From contig OY759599.1 in the NCBI GenBank assembly GCA_963662465.1, forward strand, positions 5,856,001-5,920,000: DNA of 64,000 nt, in the 5' to 3' direction. The notes beneath the pieces are model-generated. The model searched no databases, was not told where the DNA came from, and saw nothing but the letters and a program-made list of their open reading frames with translations. A program made the position numbers and the translations under genes. Numbering within the stretch: the stretch's first letter is position 1; each line of letters begins with the position of its first letter. Origin of the DNA: Desulfatiglandales bacterium. GTDB taxonomy: Bacteria > Desulfobacterota > DSM-4660 > Desulfatiglandales > Desulfatiglandaceae. This document shows, in pieces, positions 31,307 to 40,389 of the stretch.

Positions 31307-33394
31307 TTATTGAAAATTAAAGACTTGTTGTTTTGAGTTTCTTGAAAGCGGGCTCTTTGGAAGCCCGGAATGAGCTGCCTTTTTTATCACTTCAGATTCA
31401 AGGTCCTTTTTTGAAATGATCCATGGAGCACCGGAACATACTCGCTTGGCGGGTAGAATCTCATGTTGTATAAGTCTCCAAACTTTGGTGCTGCCAATAC
31501 CCAGCCTTTCGCTTGCTTCAGCTACCGTATATTCTTCTCGTCGCTGCCTCTCTCCTTCATGATATACAGGGATATTATGCCTATTTCGAAATGAACGCAA
31601 CCTTACCGGATTCCAGGTATATCCCTTTGTAGTCTTTGTACCCACACGGTTGAGAAAGGCCACGATGTGTTTATCAGGCATAATTCTAGCCAAATCGGAT
31701 ATTATCTTTTTTGTATCAACATCGGTTTTCAATGGGTAACTGGAAGACTTATTCTTCAGTACCTCCAATTCCGTATGCTCACCCCCTTCCCAGTGAATGA
31801 TTAATTTGATCTTTTGCTCTTCCAAATAAACAACGATCTCTTTGATAACCGTCCGGATTATACGCTTCTTTAAATCCAAAGAGCAACACGGATCATTCCA
31901 TACACGAGGTAAATCTTGTGACAGATCTCTGATCTCGGTCTCTTCCTCAGGGGAAAGCGAAGGGGTGTTCGACCCCATAGCGGTAATCTCATTCTCCAAT
32001 CTTGCTACCTTAACAAGAGCGTCATTCCAATCCTTCTCCAATGTAGATGCTACCAAACGATTATCAGGGTCCACTGCATTGTATTGACGTTTTGCCCGTA
32101 AAGCTTCATAACGCGCTTGTTCCAACTCCAGTTCCCGTTGCCGTTTCACTGAATCCGATTCATGGTTGATTTTCTTTATCGCCTCTAAAGAAGCTTCTAA
32201 TCCTATCGGTGATAATACTTTCAAAAGAAAATCCGTAACAGCCCGGTCAACACGGAATCCACCAAATGATATACACGCCTTTCCTGTCTCGTTACCTCGT
32301 TTGCGGCTACACTCATAACGTTTATGAGTTCCATTACGGCCTTGGTATCGTACAATTAACTTTCTACCGCAATGACCGCATCTTAACAAACCTCCAAGCA
32401 ATGCCTTTCCTCCGCGAACAGCTCCTCTCACCACCGGCCTTTTCTTATTTGTATTTTGAGTTAGTATCTCCATGTTATACTGGTACTCTTCCCATGTGAT
32501 GTAACCTTCATGGTGATCCAATATTAAAACGTCCCAATCCTTTTGTTCCTTACGAATACCCTTCCTCAGTCGCTTGCGCCCATTTTCAAAAGTTACCTCT
32601 GTTTTAGTCCGGCCATAGACGTAGGCGCCGGCGTAAATTGGGTTGTTCACTATATGCGACAAGGTATGAGCAGACGGTAGTTTCCACTCTATCCTACGTT
32701 CCCCTTTACCGCTGGAAACAACAGCAATCTCAATCTGTTCATCTAAAAACCAATGATACACCCGACGAAGAGTACCATATTCCTTGAATTTCGTGAATAC
32801 CAAATCAATGACTTCTTGAATTCGTTTGTCAGGATTCTTTTTCAGCTTATTATCCCTAGTCTTTATATAGGCTGCCGGTACAGTAAGATATAATTCTCCC
32901 CGCTTCGCTTTTTGTTGTATTGCCGCCTGAGAACGCTCCTTTAATAGGCTCAATTCCATTGCACTCATTTCTCCCTTTAAGCCCAGGAGCAAACGATCAT
33001 TTGACACGTTTAGGTCATAAACAGCTCCTTGATCTACAAGAACCGTTTTTTTAAGTGCACAGATCTCAAGCAACGTATGCCACTCTCGACCGTTGCGGGC
33101 CAACCTCGATGATTCAATCGAGAAAATACCCCCTATTCTTCCTTCACACACAGATGAAAGAAGATTCTGGAATCCTTTTCTGTCAACGCATCCCGATGCA
33201 GTTATTCCCAAATCACTATCTATCATCCATATGTTTTTCTCGTTCCATCCTAATTCTTTTGCCCTTTCTACCAAGCCATATTGTAAAAGTTGGCTTTCAC
33301 GATGCTGTAGAACTTGGCCCGGTGTTGACTGACGGATATATATACATGCTTCCCGACTAATATGTTCAGCATTGATTTTATTGCTCATGCTCAT
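31307..33394 (-). CDS. Large serine recombinase with C-terminal HTH extension
   Basis: YIRQS catalytic motif, SRLARN, NPIYAGAYVYGR recombinase domain, LLRCGHCG zinc ribbon, coiled coil, terminal YTVAEASERLGI HTH. Confidence 0.95.
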   Translation of the reverse strand: MSMSNKINAEHISREACIYIRQSTPGQVLQHRESQLLQYGLVERAKELGWNEKNIWMIDSDLGITASGCVDRKGFQNLLSSVCEGRIGGIFSIESSRLARNGREWHTLLEICALKKTVLVDQGAVYDLNVSNDRLLLGLKGEMSAMELSLLKERSQAAIQQKAKRGELYLTVPAAYIKTRDNKLKKNPDKRIQEVIDLVFTKFKEYGTLRRVYHWFLDEQIEIAVVSSGKGERRIEWKLPSAHTLSHIVNNPIYAGAYVYGRTKTEVTFENGRKRLRKGIRKEQKDWDVLILDHHEGYITWEEYQYNMEILTQNTNKKRPVVRGAVRGGKALLGGLLRCGHCGRKLIVRYQGRNGTHKRYECSRKRGNETGKACISFGGFRVDRAVTDFLLKVLSPIGLEASLEAIKKINHESDSVKRQRELELEQARYEALRAKRQYNAVDPDNRLVASTLEKDWNDALVKVARLENEITAMGSNTPSLSPEEETEIRDLSQDLPRVWNDPCCSLDLKKRIIRTVIKEIVVYLEEQKIKLIIHWEGGEHTELEVLKNKSSSYPLKTDVDTKKIISDLARIMPDKHIVAFLNRVGTKTTKGYTWNPVRLRSFRNRHNIPVYHEGERQRREEYTVAEASERLGIGSTKVWRLIQHEILPAKRVCSGAPWIISKKDLESEVIKKAAHSGLPKSPLSRNSKQQVFNFQ

Positions 33395-33411
33395 TTCCAC
33401 CTTTCTTTTCT

Positions 33412-33968
33412 CGAAATGTCAACCGAAAATTGACCTCTTGCGACAACCGAATTTTGCCCCCACATGAGTAATTGTAACCTGCGACGCGGTCATAGAAGGC
33501 TCCGGTGGCTCCTGCCGAAATATCCATTAAAAGAGCGACCATAACCGCACCTTAGTCAGCTTCCGACCAGATAATCATCTGGTAAGTCGAGAAAACCCTT
33601 TTTCGTCGCTAATTCGAGTTCAATCAAATACCCTATCTCGCCTTTCATTTTGATCTGTGAAACCATCCACTTCGGTAACCGAATCGTGACGGGGATACGC
33701 CTCAGATGTTCAGGACTCCTTTTTCGACCAGCGCCTTTTCGACTCCCACCTCTCATTTTCATCGCTCCTTTTCACCTTCAAATTCGTCCAATATTTTTGA
33801 ATACCGCGTACGTTTTTCAATTAAACACCTATTTCTATCGGAAAATAAGCTATTTATGATTTATAGTTACGATTTTTCTGAGTCGGATTAAGCTGCTTGC
33901 TTCAACAACTCCAGTCTCTTGACTGCTTCCAATATCAGACCGCGATTTTACGTTAGTGAAACTACTTC
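33412..33968. mobile_element. Probable 557-bp secondary insertion (IS21-like remnant)
   Basis: 8-bp direct repeat TCTTTTCT at 33404-33411 and 33969-33976; left end has tandem CAACCGAAAATTGACC/CAACCGAATTTTGCCC motifs. Confidence 0.5.
33556..33762 (-). CDS. Small basic putative DNA-binding protein (RHH/BrnA-like)
   Basis: RGGSRKGAGRK...VTIRLPKWM; close paralog at 36261-36458. Confidence 0.7.
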   Translation of the reverse strand: MKMRGGSRKGAGRKRSPEHLRRIPVTIRLPKWMVSQIKMKGEIGYLIELELATKKGFLDLPDDYLVGS

Positions 33969-34123
33969 TCTTTTCTATTTCTGTTACCCTCAGAATTTTG
34001 CCAGAAACCTGACAGAAGCTCTGCAAGGAAATCAATCAATCTATTTCGTGTTTCTATTGGAATTTCGATCGGTGATGGTAAATAATCCCAAAGCCGAAGT
34101 TGATGATATTTTTGTTTCGTCAT
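33962..34123 (-). CDS. Small accessory ORF of the recombinase element
   Basis: GGAGG RBS before MTKQKYHQLRLW; lies upstream of the recombinase. Confidence 0.6.
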   Translation of the reverse strand: MTKQKYHQLRLWDYLPSPIEIPIETRNRLIDFLAELLSGFWQNSEGNRNRKEK

Positions 34124-34442
34124 CTTTCCTCCTTGTTTTCGAATTGACTTCATCAGGAGGAAACGGTATTTTTCTATTCACTATTAAGCAATATAAATTC
34201 TTAAGCGCCCTGATTTCGATAGCGGGTTTTGAGCCGAGGGATATCTTTTCATACTTTGGATTGGTCATCCACGCAGGTATCAATTCATGGCGACCATCAG
34301 GTTTCTTTGTTACAAAACAAGTTTCTCCACGATGGTTTCTGGTACCTACCACATAAATTTCTTCACCGGTTCTTGGGTGAAATGGGTAATATACCCAAGT
34401 TATAAACTGGTTTTGATGGGCATTATATAGTGGTTCTGAGGG
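34041..34442 (-). CDS. Y4bD/DUF5372-like accessory gene lacking its start in the integrated state
   Basis: Frame open from the att core: PSEPLYNAHQNQFITWVYYPFHPRTG...LIPAWMT; start codon and RBS lie at 31286-31301. Confidence 0.7.
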   Translation of the reverse strand, partial: PSEPLYNAHQNQFITWVYYPFHPRTGEEIYVVGTRNHRGETCFVTKKPDGRHELIPAWMTNPKYEKISLGSKPAIEIRALKNLYCLIVNRKIPFPPDEVNSKTRRKDDETKISSTSALGLFTITDRNSNRNTK

Positions 34443-34477
34443 GGCTCGGGGATGGCAACATCCCCCGGCTACCCGGC
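34443..34477 (+). ncRNA. Group II intron domain VI and 3' end
   Basis: Hairpin GGGGATG-GCAA-CATCCCC, bulged A in CTACCCGGC. Confidence 0.85.
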
Positions 34478-34701
34478 CGTCGCAATATGAAGGAAGGTGG
34501 TAAAGCGAAATGTGAAAATTAGTGGATTACGAACCAAAGAGGCACGTTTAGCCTTGTTTCAACTACAAGGTCGAACGACAGTCTCATCAGCGCGGGCAAT
34601 GGTCCTACCCAATGTTTTGTGTTTATTTGGAGTTGTGTGAGTGTCCATAAATTTGGATGAAGCTATTTTGGTTCACTTAACCAAGAAAAAGGAGATAATC
34701 G

Positions 34702-34782
34702 ATGCCTGAATTGATCTACGAATCTGTTGTTTCAATCGCCAAAGCAATTCGCAATAAGAAAATCTCGTCTTTTGAGGTAGTA
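34702..34782 (+). pseudogene. Amidase, N-terminal fragment
   Basis: AAGGAG RBS; MPELIYESVVSIAKAIRNKKISSFEVV is a typical amidase N-terminus, cut by the ISAzo13 end. Confidence 0.8.
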
Positions 34783-35999
34783 AGGGAATTCCCAAGAAAT
34801 AAACTACCCAACTCCAGATTCAATAAGTACATCCCATTTGGGCAGTGTGTCGGAACGTTTAATTCTGTTTTCGTAAGGTTTCATTTCTTTTTTTGTAAGC
34901 CGGATTCCCTTCTTATATGCCTTTTCCACCAACGTGACAATGGGCTTTATCCCTTTCCATGTCATCGTAGATGCCCAATTGACTGCTTTTGATATTGAAT
35001 CCAATATTTCTCCGTTCCAATGTCCCTCCAATATTCCCCAACATCTTTCAACCGGATTGTACTTACTATGATAGGGAGGATAATAAACCAGGCGGATTCG
35101 CAAACCTGTTTTGTCACTGAATTCGGTCATTCTGCGAATGAATTGAGTCCGACCGCTTGCTGAATTCGGACCATTGTCAAGATTGATAACCAACTCGTTT
35201 ATATGAAGATAGGTAATTCTGTTTTTTTCCCACCACATCTCTAAACAGTCAACGATGAAATCACTTGTTTCAAAAGATGTGCCGAAAAAAATAGAAAGCA
35301 TTCCGCTCAAAACGTCAAGAATACCGTACGGAACCAATTTCATTTCGGGATTCATATCATGGTCTTCAGCTTTCTTCGCTTCCCGATCCCGTGACTTTCC
35401 GTTTCTTGAGAACTCGCCTATATTCACTTTTGCCTTGGCATCAATAGAAATCCGATGAGAGTTGGGATTCTCATCAGAGTCACGGTTTGCCTTCCATACA
35501 TTTTCAAATATTTCATCGACCTGTTTTATCTTTTTCGCAGGTTTGGATTTCAGGACTCGTTTCAGGTTGTATCCCATGCGGTTCAACATGTTGATCAGAG
35601 TGTTGTTAGAGGGAAGATCCTCACCGTCGTATCCTTTCTCATCAATCAGTGCCTTTTTGAGAGCTTTTCCTGTAATTCTTGTATATGTGATAGAGCTTTT
35701 CATGGCAGGGTCCGCCTGAGTTTGAGGTTCTGCAAGGGATATTATGTCTGCTTTAATACCGGGAATCGTGTCTTCTGTTTTCTTTTTTCCCCGTCCCTCA
35801 AAATTATCCATGCATCTGATCCCGCTTTCGGCTTCTTTAAGGCCTTTTGTTACACACTCTCTCCCCCATCCCATCTCCCGTTCAGCTTTGTATGCACTCC
35901 CGTTGAAATATTTCCTGGTAATGTCGGCCTGATATGCTCTTCTTTTGTAACCAGTCAGTCGTCTGCATGCATCTTTTATCAGATTTTTTGTTTCTCCGT
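34783..35999 (-). mobile_element. ISAzo13-family element, 5'-truncated (transposase 34804 to about 35999)
   Basis: ISIDAKAKV, INLDNGP, YYPPYHSKYNPVERCW; AGGGAATTCCCAAGAAATAA end; 5' end replaced by the IS21-like IR. Confidence 0.85.
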
Positions 36000-36260
36000 C
36001 TTGGGCGCTAACCAAAATGGAACCAGTTTTGCTACTCCAAACGGAACCAGATATTGCGCACTGGTCTTTTCCTTTTAGAAGGGTTTTCTTGTAAATTTGT
36101 TAGAGGTTGCATGAAAGAGTATATCAGATGGTATTTTAAAAATGCTGGTGAGACACGTAGCGTTCTGGTTGAAGAATCAGTGATGAGGATACCATCAATA
36201 TGGTGATGGCAGAGAAGAGGGGATTAGATTTTTCGGTTAAGGGCAATGCTTATTGAGGAA

Positions 36261-36458
36261 CTATTTGTCTATGTCATAGTCGTCCGGTAAATTCAGGAGG
36301 CCTCCCTTCGCCAATTGATCCTCAATCAAATATCCAATTTCCCCGTTTTTTTTCAGCTGTAGAATCATCCATTTGGGGAGACGAATGGTGAGCAGTTCAC
36401 GTCTCAAATGTTCCGGTTTCTTTCTTCGGCCGGCGCCTACCCGTTTTCCACCTCTCAT
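36261..36458 (-). CDS. Small basic putative DNA-binding protein (RHH/BrnA-like)
   Basis: MRGGKRVGAGRRKKPEHLRRELLTIRLPKWM; paralog of 33556-33762. Confidence 0.7.
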   Translation of the reverse strand: MRGGKRVGAGRRKKPEHLRRELLTIRLPKWMILQLKKNGEIGYLIEDQLAKGGLLNLPDDYDIDK

Positions 36459-36556
36459 TTCAAGCTCCAAGACAAGGTAATTTCTGATATTCGTGTAACG
36501 AGATTCAAACAGACCGGTGATATTCAGACCTCAAAACCGGCCCTTTGGCGAACATC

Positions 36557-37276
36557 TCATTTTCTGAGGGAAGGACCATCAATATGAATGTTGATGCAGC
36601 GATGGTTGAGACGATCCAGCAAGGCATCGACCATGTCCTTTGGTTCAAGCAGCGAATACCATTGTTCAGGTTGAAGATTGGTCGTAATAATTGTGGACCG
36701 ACCGGCTTCATAGCGATCTTTCATGAGTTTAAAAAAGGCGTTCATCTGCTCTTTTTTGAGGGTCAGGTATCCCAGTTCATCGAGCAGAAGCAGGTCATAT
36801 CTGCAAAGGGCATTGAGGAGTTTCGGGGTGGACCGATCTGCCAAAGACGCATAGAGCTGATCCAGCAAATCCTGAACATTATAAAAACGCCCCCGGTACC
36901 CGGCAATAATGGCTTGACGAAGGATCCCCACGGCCAATCCCGTTTTGCCGACGCCGGTTTTTCCATGGAACACGATGTTTTCTCTTCGGCTGATAAAGTC
37001 AAGGCCGGACAACGTCATGATCCGGCTCTTCTGTATTCCCGGCTGAAGATCAAACGGAAAGGAGTTGAGGGTCCATTCCCATGGAAGCTTTGCAATCTGG
37101 ACCCGATAGATCATGCTGCGCTCCTGCCGGAAACGTAATTCCTCAGCCAGGAGATTGTAGATGACCTCGTGAATGGAAAAACCGTTCTTTTCAGCCGAAG
37201 CCAACTGTTCTTCGAGAGCCTTCAGCATGCCTTTAAACTTCAAATCAATGAGTAACTGTTCAATTTTCTTTTTCAT
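36557..37276 (-). CDS. istB: IS21 helper ATPase
   Basis: GKTGVGKT, LLLDELGY, TTN, ALLDRL. Confidence 0.93.
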   Translation of the reverse strand: MKKKIEQLLIDLKFKGMLKALEEQLASAEKNGFSIHEVIYNLLAEELRFRQERSMIYRVQIAKLPWEWTLNSFPFDLQPGIQKSRIMTLSGLDFISRRENIVFHGKTGVGKTGLAVGILRQAIIAGYRGRFYNVQDLLDQLYASLADRSTPKLLNALCRYDLLLLDELGYLTLKKEQMNAFFKLMKDRYEAGRSTIITTNLQPEQWYSLLEPKDMVDALLDRLNHRCINIHIDGPSLRK

Positions 37277-38655
37277 AGATCAAAAAAGTCTCCCGCGATA
37301 TAATCGAGAATAATGTTTTCCAGACGCGACAAATCAAAAAGTCCATATTTAAGCGCCTGTGTTATGGCTTTCAAAAAAGGTTCCCCGGGATAAGTGCGTT
37401 TCAGATGAAGCAACCGACGTAACTTGACCACACCGCGACCGTGACTTCTTTTCTTCAGTTCAGCCACATACTCATCCAGGATGGCATCCTCTCCCGTCAA
37501 CAGCTGTTCTTCTTTTGAAGGGATTCGGGGATCTTTTTTTCTTCGAATGGGAACATGGTGACCGGGCAGGGTTGTTCGGGTGTTGCGTTTATCCAGTATG
37601 CGGTCATGTTCCGCCACTTTTGTGTTTTTGTCGTAAACGATGACCTTGAGCCAATGTTTCTGTACTTCCAGGGAGTTCCCAATCAGCGCTTCAGGGACTG
37701 AATAGCGGTTGGTGTCCAAGTGCACATATCCCTGAACATCGGCTACCCTGTGTTCTGCCACATAGACTGGCGGCTGGTATGCCGGTAAATCAATGAGATA
37801 TGGCTTTTCAATGACATAGGCCTCATCCGGCGTCATCCCTAAAGCCCGTTTAAACTTTTTATCGCTTGTATTCCGGCACCAGTCGATTGCCTGCCGGTTC
37901 AAATCCTGCCAGCTAACAAATGTTCTACCGGGAAGAAAATTGTTTTCCACAAAATGAAAAGGCCTTTCCACACGAGCACTTCGATTGGCGTCTCCTACAG
38001 CATGGGCCTCAAACCGGGTTCCATACATATCGCCGAAGTATTTCATTTCAGGCGCAATCAATGCATCAGGCCCGGTGCCGCCGGCCACAATAACATTGGT
38101 GTTGTCAACCATGCACCGGGAACACACCCCGTCCATAAACTCGAATGCTTTTTTTAGGAAAACCTTGCACTCAAACCGGGTAAAACAGGGGTAATACTGA
38201 ATAAAAATCCTTCGGCAAAAGGCCAGGGTCAGGGACGCGCACTGGGTCGACATTTTTTTCCCATTAATGACAACCAGATGGGGTGACGTATCATGCTGCA
38301 TCTCCTGACCGGGTTTAAAATGGTATTGGCCCGCCCGTCTTTTTTTACGTTCCCGGATCTCGTACTTTCTCATAATCCAGGTCAGACTCTGATAAGGGAT
38401 TTTGATCTGTTGGCGGCTTTCCAGTTCCTCGGCTACTCGCACGGCATTTCCTTTACATTCCTTGAAAAGCTCGCGGATCAACGGGACATGTTCTTCATAC
38501 CGGGAGTTCCTTTGGGGTACCGCCTCTTCGTCATGATCATCTAAAACCTTCGTGACGGTATTGCGACCGGCCTTCAGGGTTTTGGCGATGTCGCGCAAAC
38601 TCATGCCGGTTTTTTTCAATTCCACAATGGCATCTTTTTTGGATTGTCGGATCAT
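37273..38655 (-). CDS. istA: IS21 transposase
   Basis: N-terminal HTH, PGQEMQHD, VDN, VERPF DDE motifs, NRYSVP. Confidence 0.92.
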   Translation of the reverse strand: MIRQSKKDAIVELKKTGMSLRDIAKTLKAGRNTVTKVLDDHDEEAVPQRNSRYEEHVPLIRELFKECKGNAVRVAEELESRQQIKIPYQSLTWIMRKYEIRERKKRRAGQYHFKPGQEMQHDTSPHLVVINGKKMSTQCASLTLAFCRRIFIQYYPCFTRFECKVFLKKAFEFMDGVCSRCMVDNTNVIVAGGTGPDALIAPEMKYFGDMYGTRFEAHAVGDANRSARVERPFHFVENNFLPGRTFVSWQDLNRQAIDWCRNTSDKKFKRALGMTPDEAYVIEKPYLIDLPAYQPPVYVAEHRVADVQGYVHLDTNRYSVPEALIGNSLEVQKHWLKVIVYDKNTKVAEHDRILDKRNTRTTLPGHHVPIRRKKDPRIPSKEEQLLTGEDAILDEYVAELKKRSHGRGVVKLRRLLHLKRTYPGEPFLKAITQALKYGLFDLSRLENIILDYIAGDFFDL

Positions 38656-39536
38656 AATTGGGTCGCTTTCTTGAGTTCCAGTGCTTGTTTTTCTATCTTT
38701 TTCACCCAGGTTTTGAGCGTTTGTTTCTTCAACTGATCGCTTTTTGGGTAATGGACATGCGAAACGGTTTTCACCAGACGTTTGAGAACCGCATATACCA
38801 TTTCAATATCCTTGAACCATTTGCCTTCCGGTCCATCATGAACTTCTTTGGCTTGTTTAGACTGGGTTCTTTGTTCGAGAACTTTTATGAAAAGGGATGG
38901 ATTTTCCAGCATGTGGTCTCGAACAGACCGGTTGCTTTTCTGGTAATGTGCGTAGAAACGGGCCAGTTCCCTTGTGGATAGAGGTTCTTTTTCCAGGTGG
39001 GCCAACAGTTTTTGTGCGTCTTCACCGTTGGCGCGCGCCAACGGCGCCATGACATGGCTGGCAGCCCAGGTTGAAAGTGAGCCTGCAATCACGGTTCTCA
39101 AAATATTTTCCGGCAGGGCTTCAACCAGGTCCAGCCGCCGTTTTACAAAACTCTTGTCGCGCCCTATTCGGGTTGCAATATGGGAGAGGCTGCACCCAAA
39201 ACGCCGATGTAATTCCTGAAGTAAAACAGACTGCTCAATGACTTCCCATTGCCGTTCATTGGCCTTGGTTAAAAGCGAAAACATGGCATTTTGTTCGTTT
39301 TCTTTTGAGAATTGGACACATATCCGGTCCTTTCCACAAGCACAAAGCGCTCGAACACGCAGGTAGCCATCAATCAGAATCAGTTTGTCTTTTTCTTCAA
39401 TAGCCAGGGCCGGAACGATCTGCCCGTAAGTTTCGATGGAATCCCTCAATCGCTTTAAAGCCTGGTGATTCATTATCCGGCAATGAGCGTAACGCAACTC
39501 CAGCAAATGAATATCAACGGTTCGGATGGATTCCAT
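38652..39536 (-). CDS. ParB/Spo0J-like N-terminal domain plus HTH protein
   Basis: SIETYGQIVP, LIDGYLRVRAL (ParB-box-like), IATRIGRDKSFVKRRL HTH. Confidence 0.8.
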   Translation of the reverse strand: MESIRTVDIHLLELRYAHCRIMNHQALKRLRDSIETYGQIVPALAIEEKDKLILIDGYLRVRALCACGKDRICVQFSKENEQNAMFSLLTKANERQWEVIEQSVLLQELHRRFGCSLSHIATRIGRDKSFVKRRLDLVEALPENILRTVIAGSLSTWAASHVMAPLARANGEDAQKLLAHLEKEPLSTRELARFYAHYQKSNRSVRDHMLENPSLFIKVLEQRTQSKQAKEVHDGPEGKWFKDIEMVYAVLKRLVKTVSHVHYPKSDQLKKQTLKTWVKKIEKQALELKKATQL

Positions 39537-39933
39537 ACCCAGTCTCCCGAAAGATTTCCTCTATGGTTTCTCCAAGACTGACCCAATTTCCTTGCCGGAT
39601 CTCCTTTACCTGTTTCACAATCACAGGACGTCTGGGAAGCGAAAGAACCTGAAACAGACGGCCATCAAACCCAATCAGATCCTTGTCCAACAAGCCATCG
39701 CGGGCATCGATATATTGATCCAAATGCACCTTTAAAATCCGGCAGATTCTGTCGTAACCATAATAAGAGAGCCCGTTTTTGTCAGATACCAACACCAGAA
39801 AAATGTAGAGCAGCAGCTCATGATGATTCAGGCTCTCCCAAAAGCCGTTTCTCAAAAAACGATGCTCCAGAAAGCCGAAGCTTCCATTGATGACACGCAC
39901 TCTTTCGGGAAAAAGGACTCTTTTTTTGATCAT
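39514..39933 (-). CDS. Putative winged-HTH protein
   Basis: LLYIFLVLVSDKNGLSYYGYDRICRIL; overlaps the ParB-like gene. Confidence 0.65.
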   Translation of the reverse strand: MIKKRVLFPERVRVINGSFGFLEHRFLRNGFWESLNHHELLLYIFLVLVSDKNGLSYYGYDRICRILKVHLDQYIDARDGLLDKDLIGFDGRLFQVLSLPRRPVIVKQVKEIRQGNWVSLGETIEEIFRETGYGIHPNR

Positions 39934-39945
39934 TTTTTTCTCCTG

Positions 39946-40389
39946 TCATGGATATGGGGTTTTCTCAAAGCCTGTTACATCTGAAAAAACCCTCCCTGCA
40001 TAAGCACGGCGAGGAAAATGGTCCACAACAACCCCGATCGACCCGCAAAAAAGACAGCTGGGTCGGTTCCCCGACCGCTTTTTGGGTTCAATATCACAGT
40101 CTTTTTGAGGTGTTGAACTATCATCACCAGGGTTCAGTCCATTTTTTTTGGATTTTTTTGTTTTTTCGTACAAACGACGGCGCTCTTTCCCTTTTTTCGA
40201 ATTGCGGTATTTCCCCTGAGCTTTCCGGTGCAGCTGTCTTTGGCGTATCCTGCGACATCGTTCCCCACAATAGGCCTGGCCACGCCAACACGACCGACAG
40301 ACGTGAAAAAAGCAACCACAACATCGGCATTGAACCACTCTTAAAAGGACATCTCCCATCATTCCGGCCTTGCAATTGGCCGGAAACAC
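39946..40389 (-). CDS. Cys-rich hypothetical (putative Zn-binding) protein
   Basis: CRCCGC..CRSCWRGQAYC..C and CLFCG clusters; start uncertain. Confidence 0.6.
   Translation of the reverse strand: MFPANCKAGMMGDVLLRVVQCRCCGCFFHVCRSCWRGQAYCGERCRRIRQRQLHRKAQGKYRNSKKGKERRRLYEKTKKSKKNGLNPGDDSSTPQKDCDIEPKKRSGNRPSCLFCGSIGVVVDHFPRRAYAGRVFSDVTGFEKTPYP

Larger units (their letters stand above)
31264..34442 (-). mobile_element. Large serine recombinase element inserted in the group II intron
   Basis: 13-bp direct repeat GTGGTTCTGAGGG at 31264-31276 and 34430-34442; removing the interval rejoins intron DV to DVI. Confidence 0.9.

Noticed and set aside
34702..34992. 96-aa ORF as an intact gene
   Set aside because: Chimera of the amidase N-terminus and the ISAzo13 end
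36000..36015. MVSAQ as the ISAzo13 transposase start
   Set aside because: These codons come from the IS21-like IR; the true start is missing
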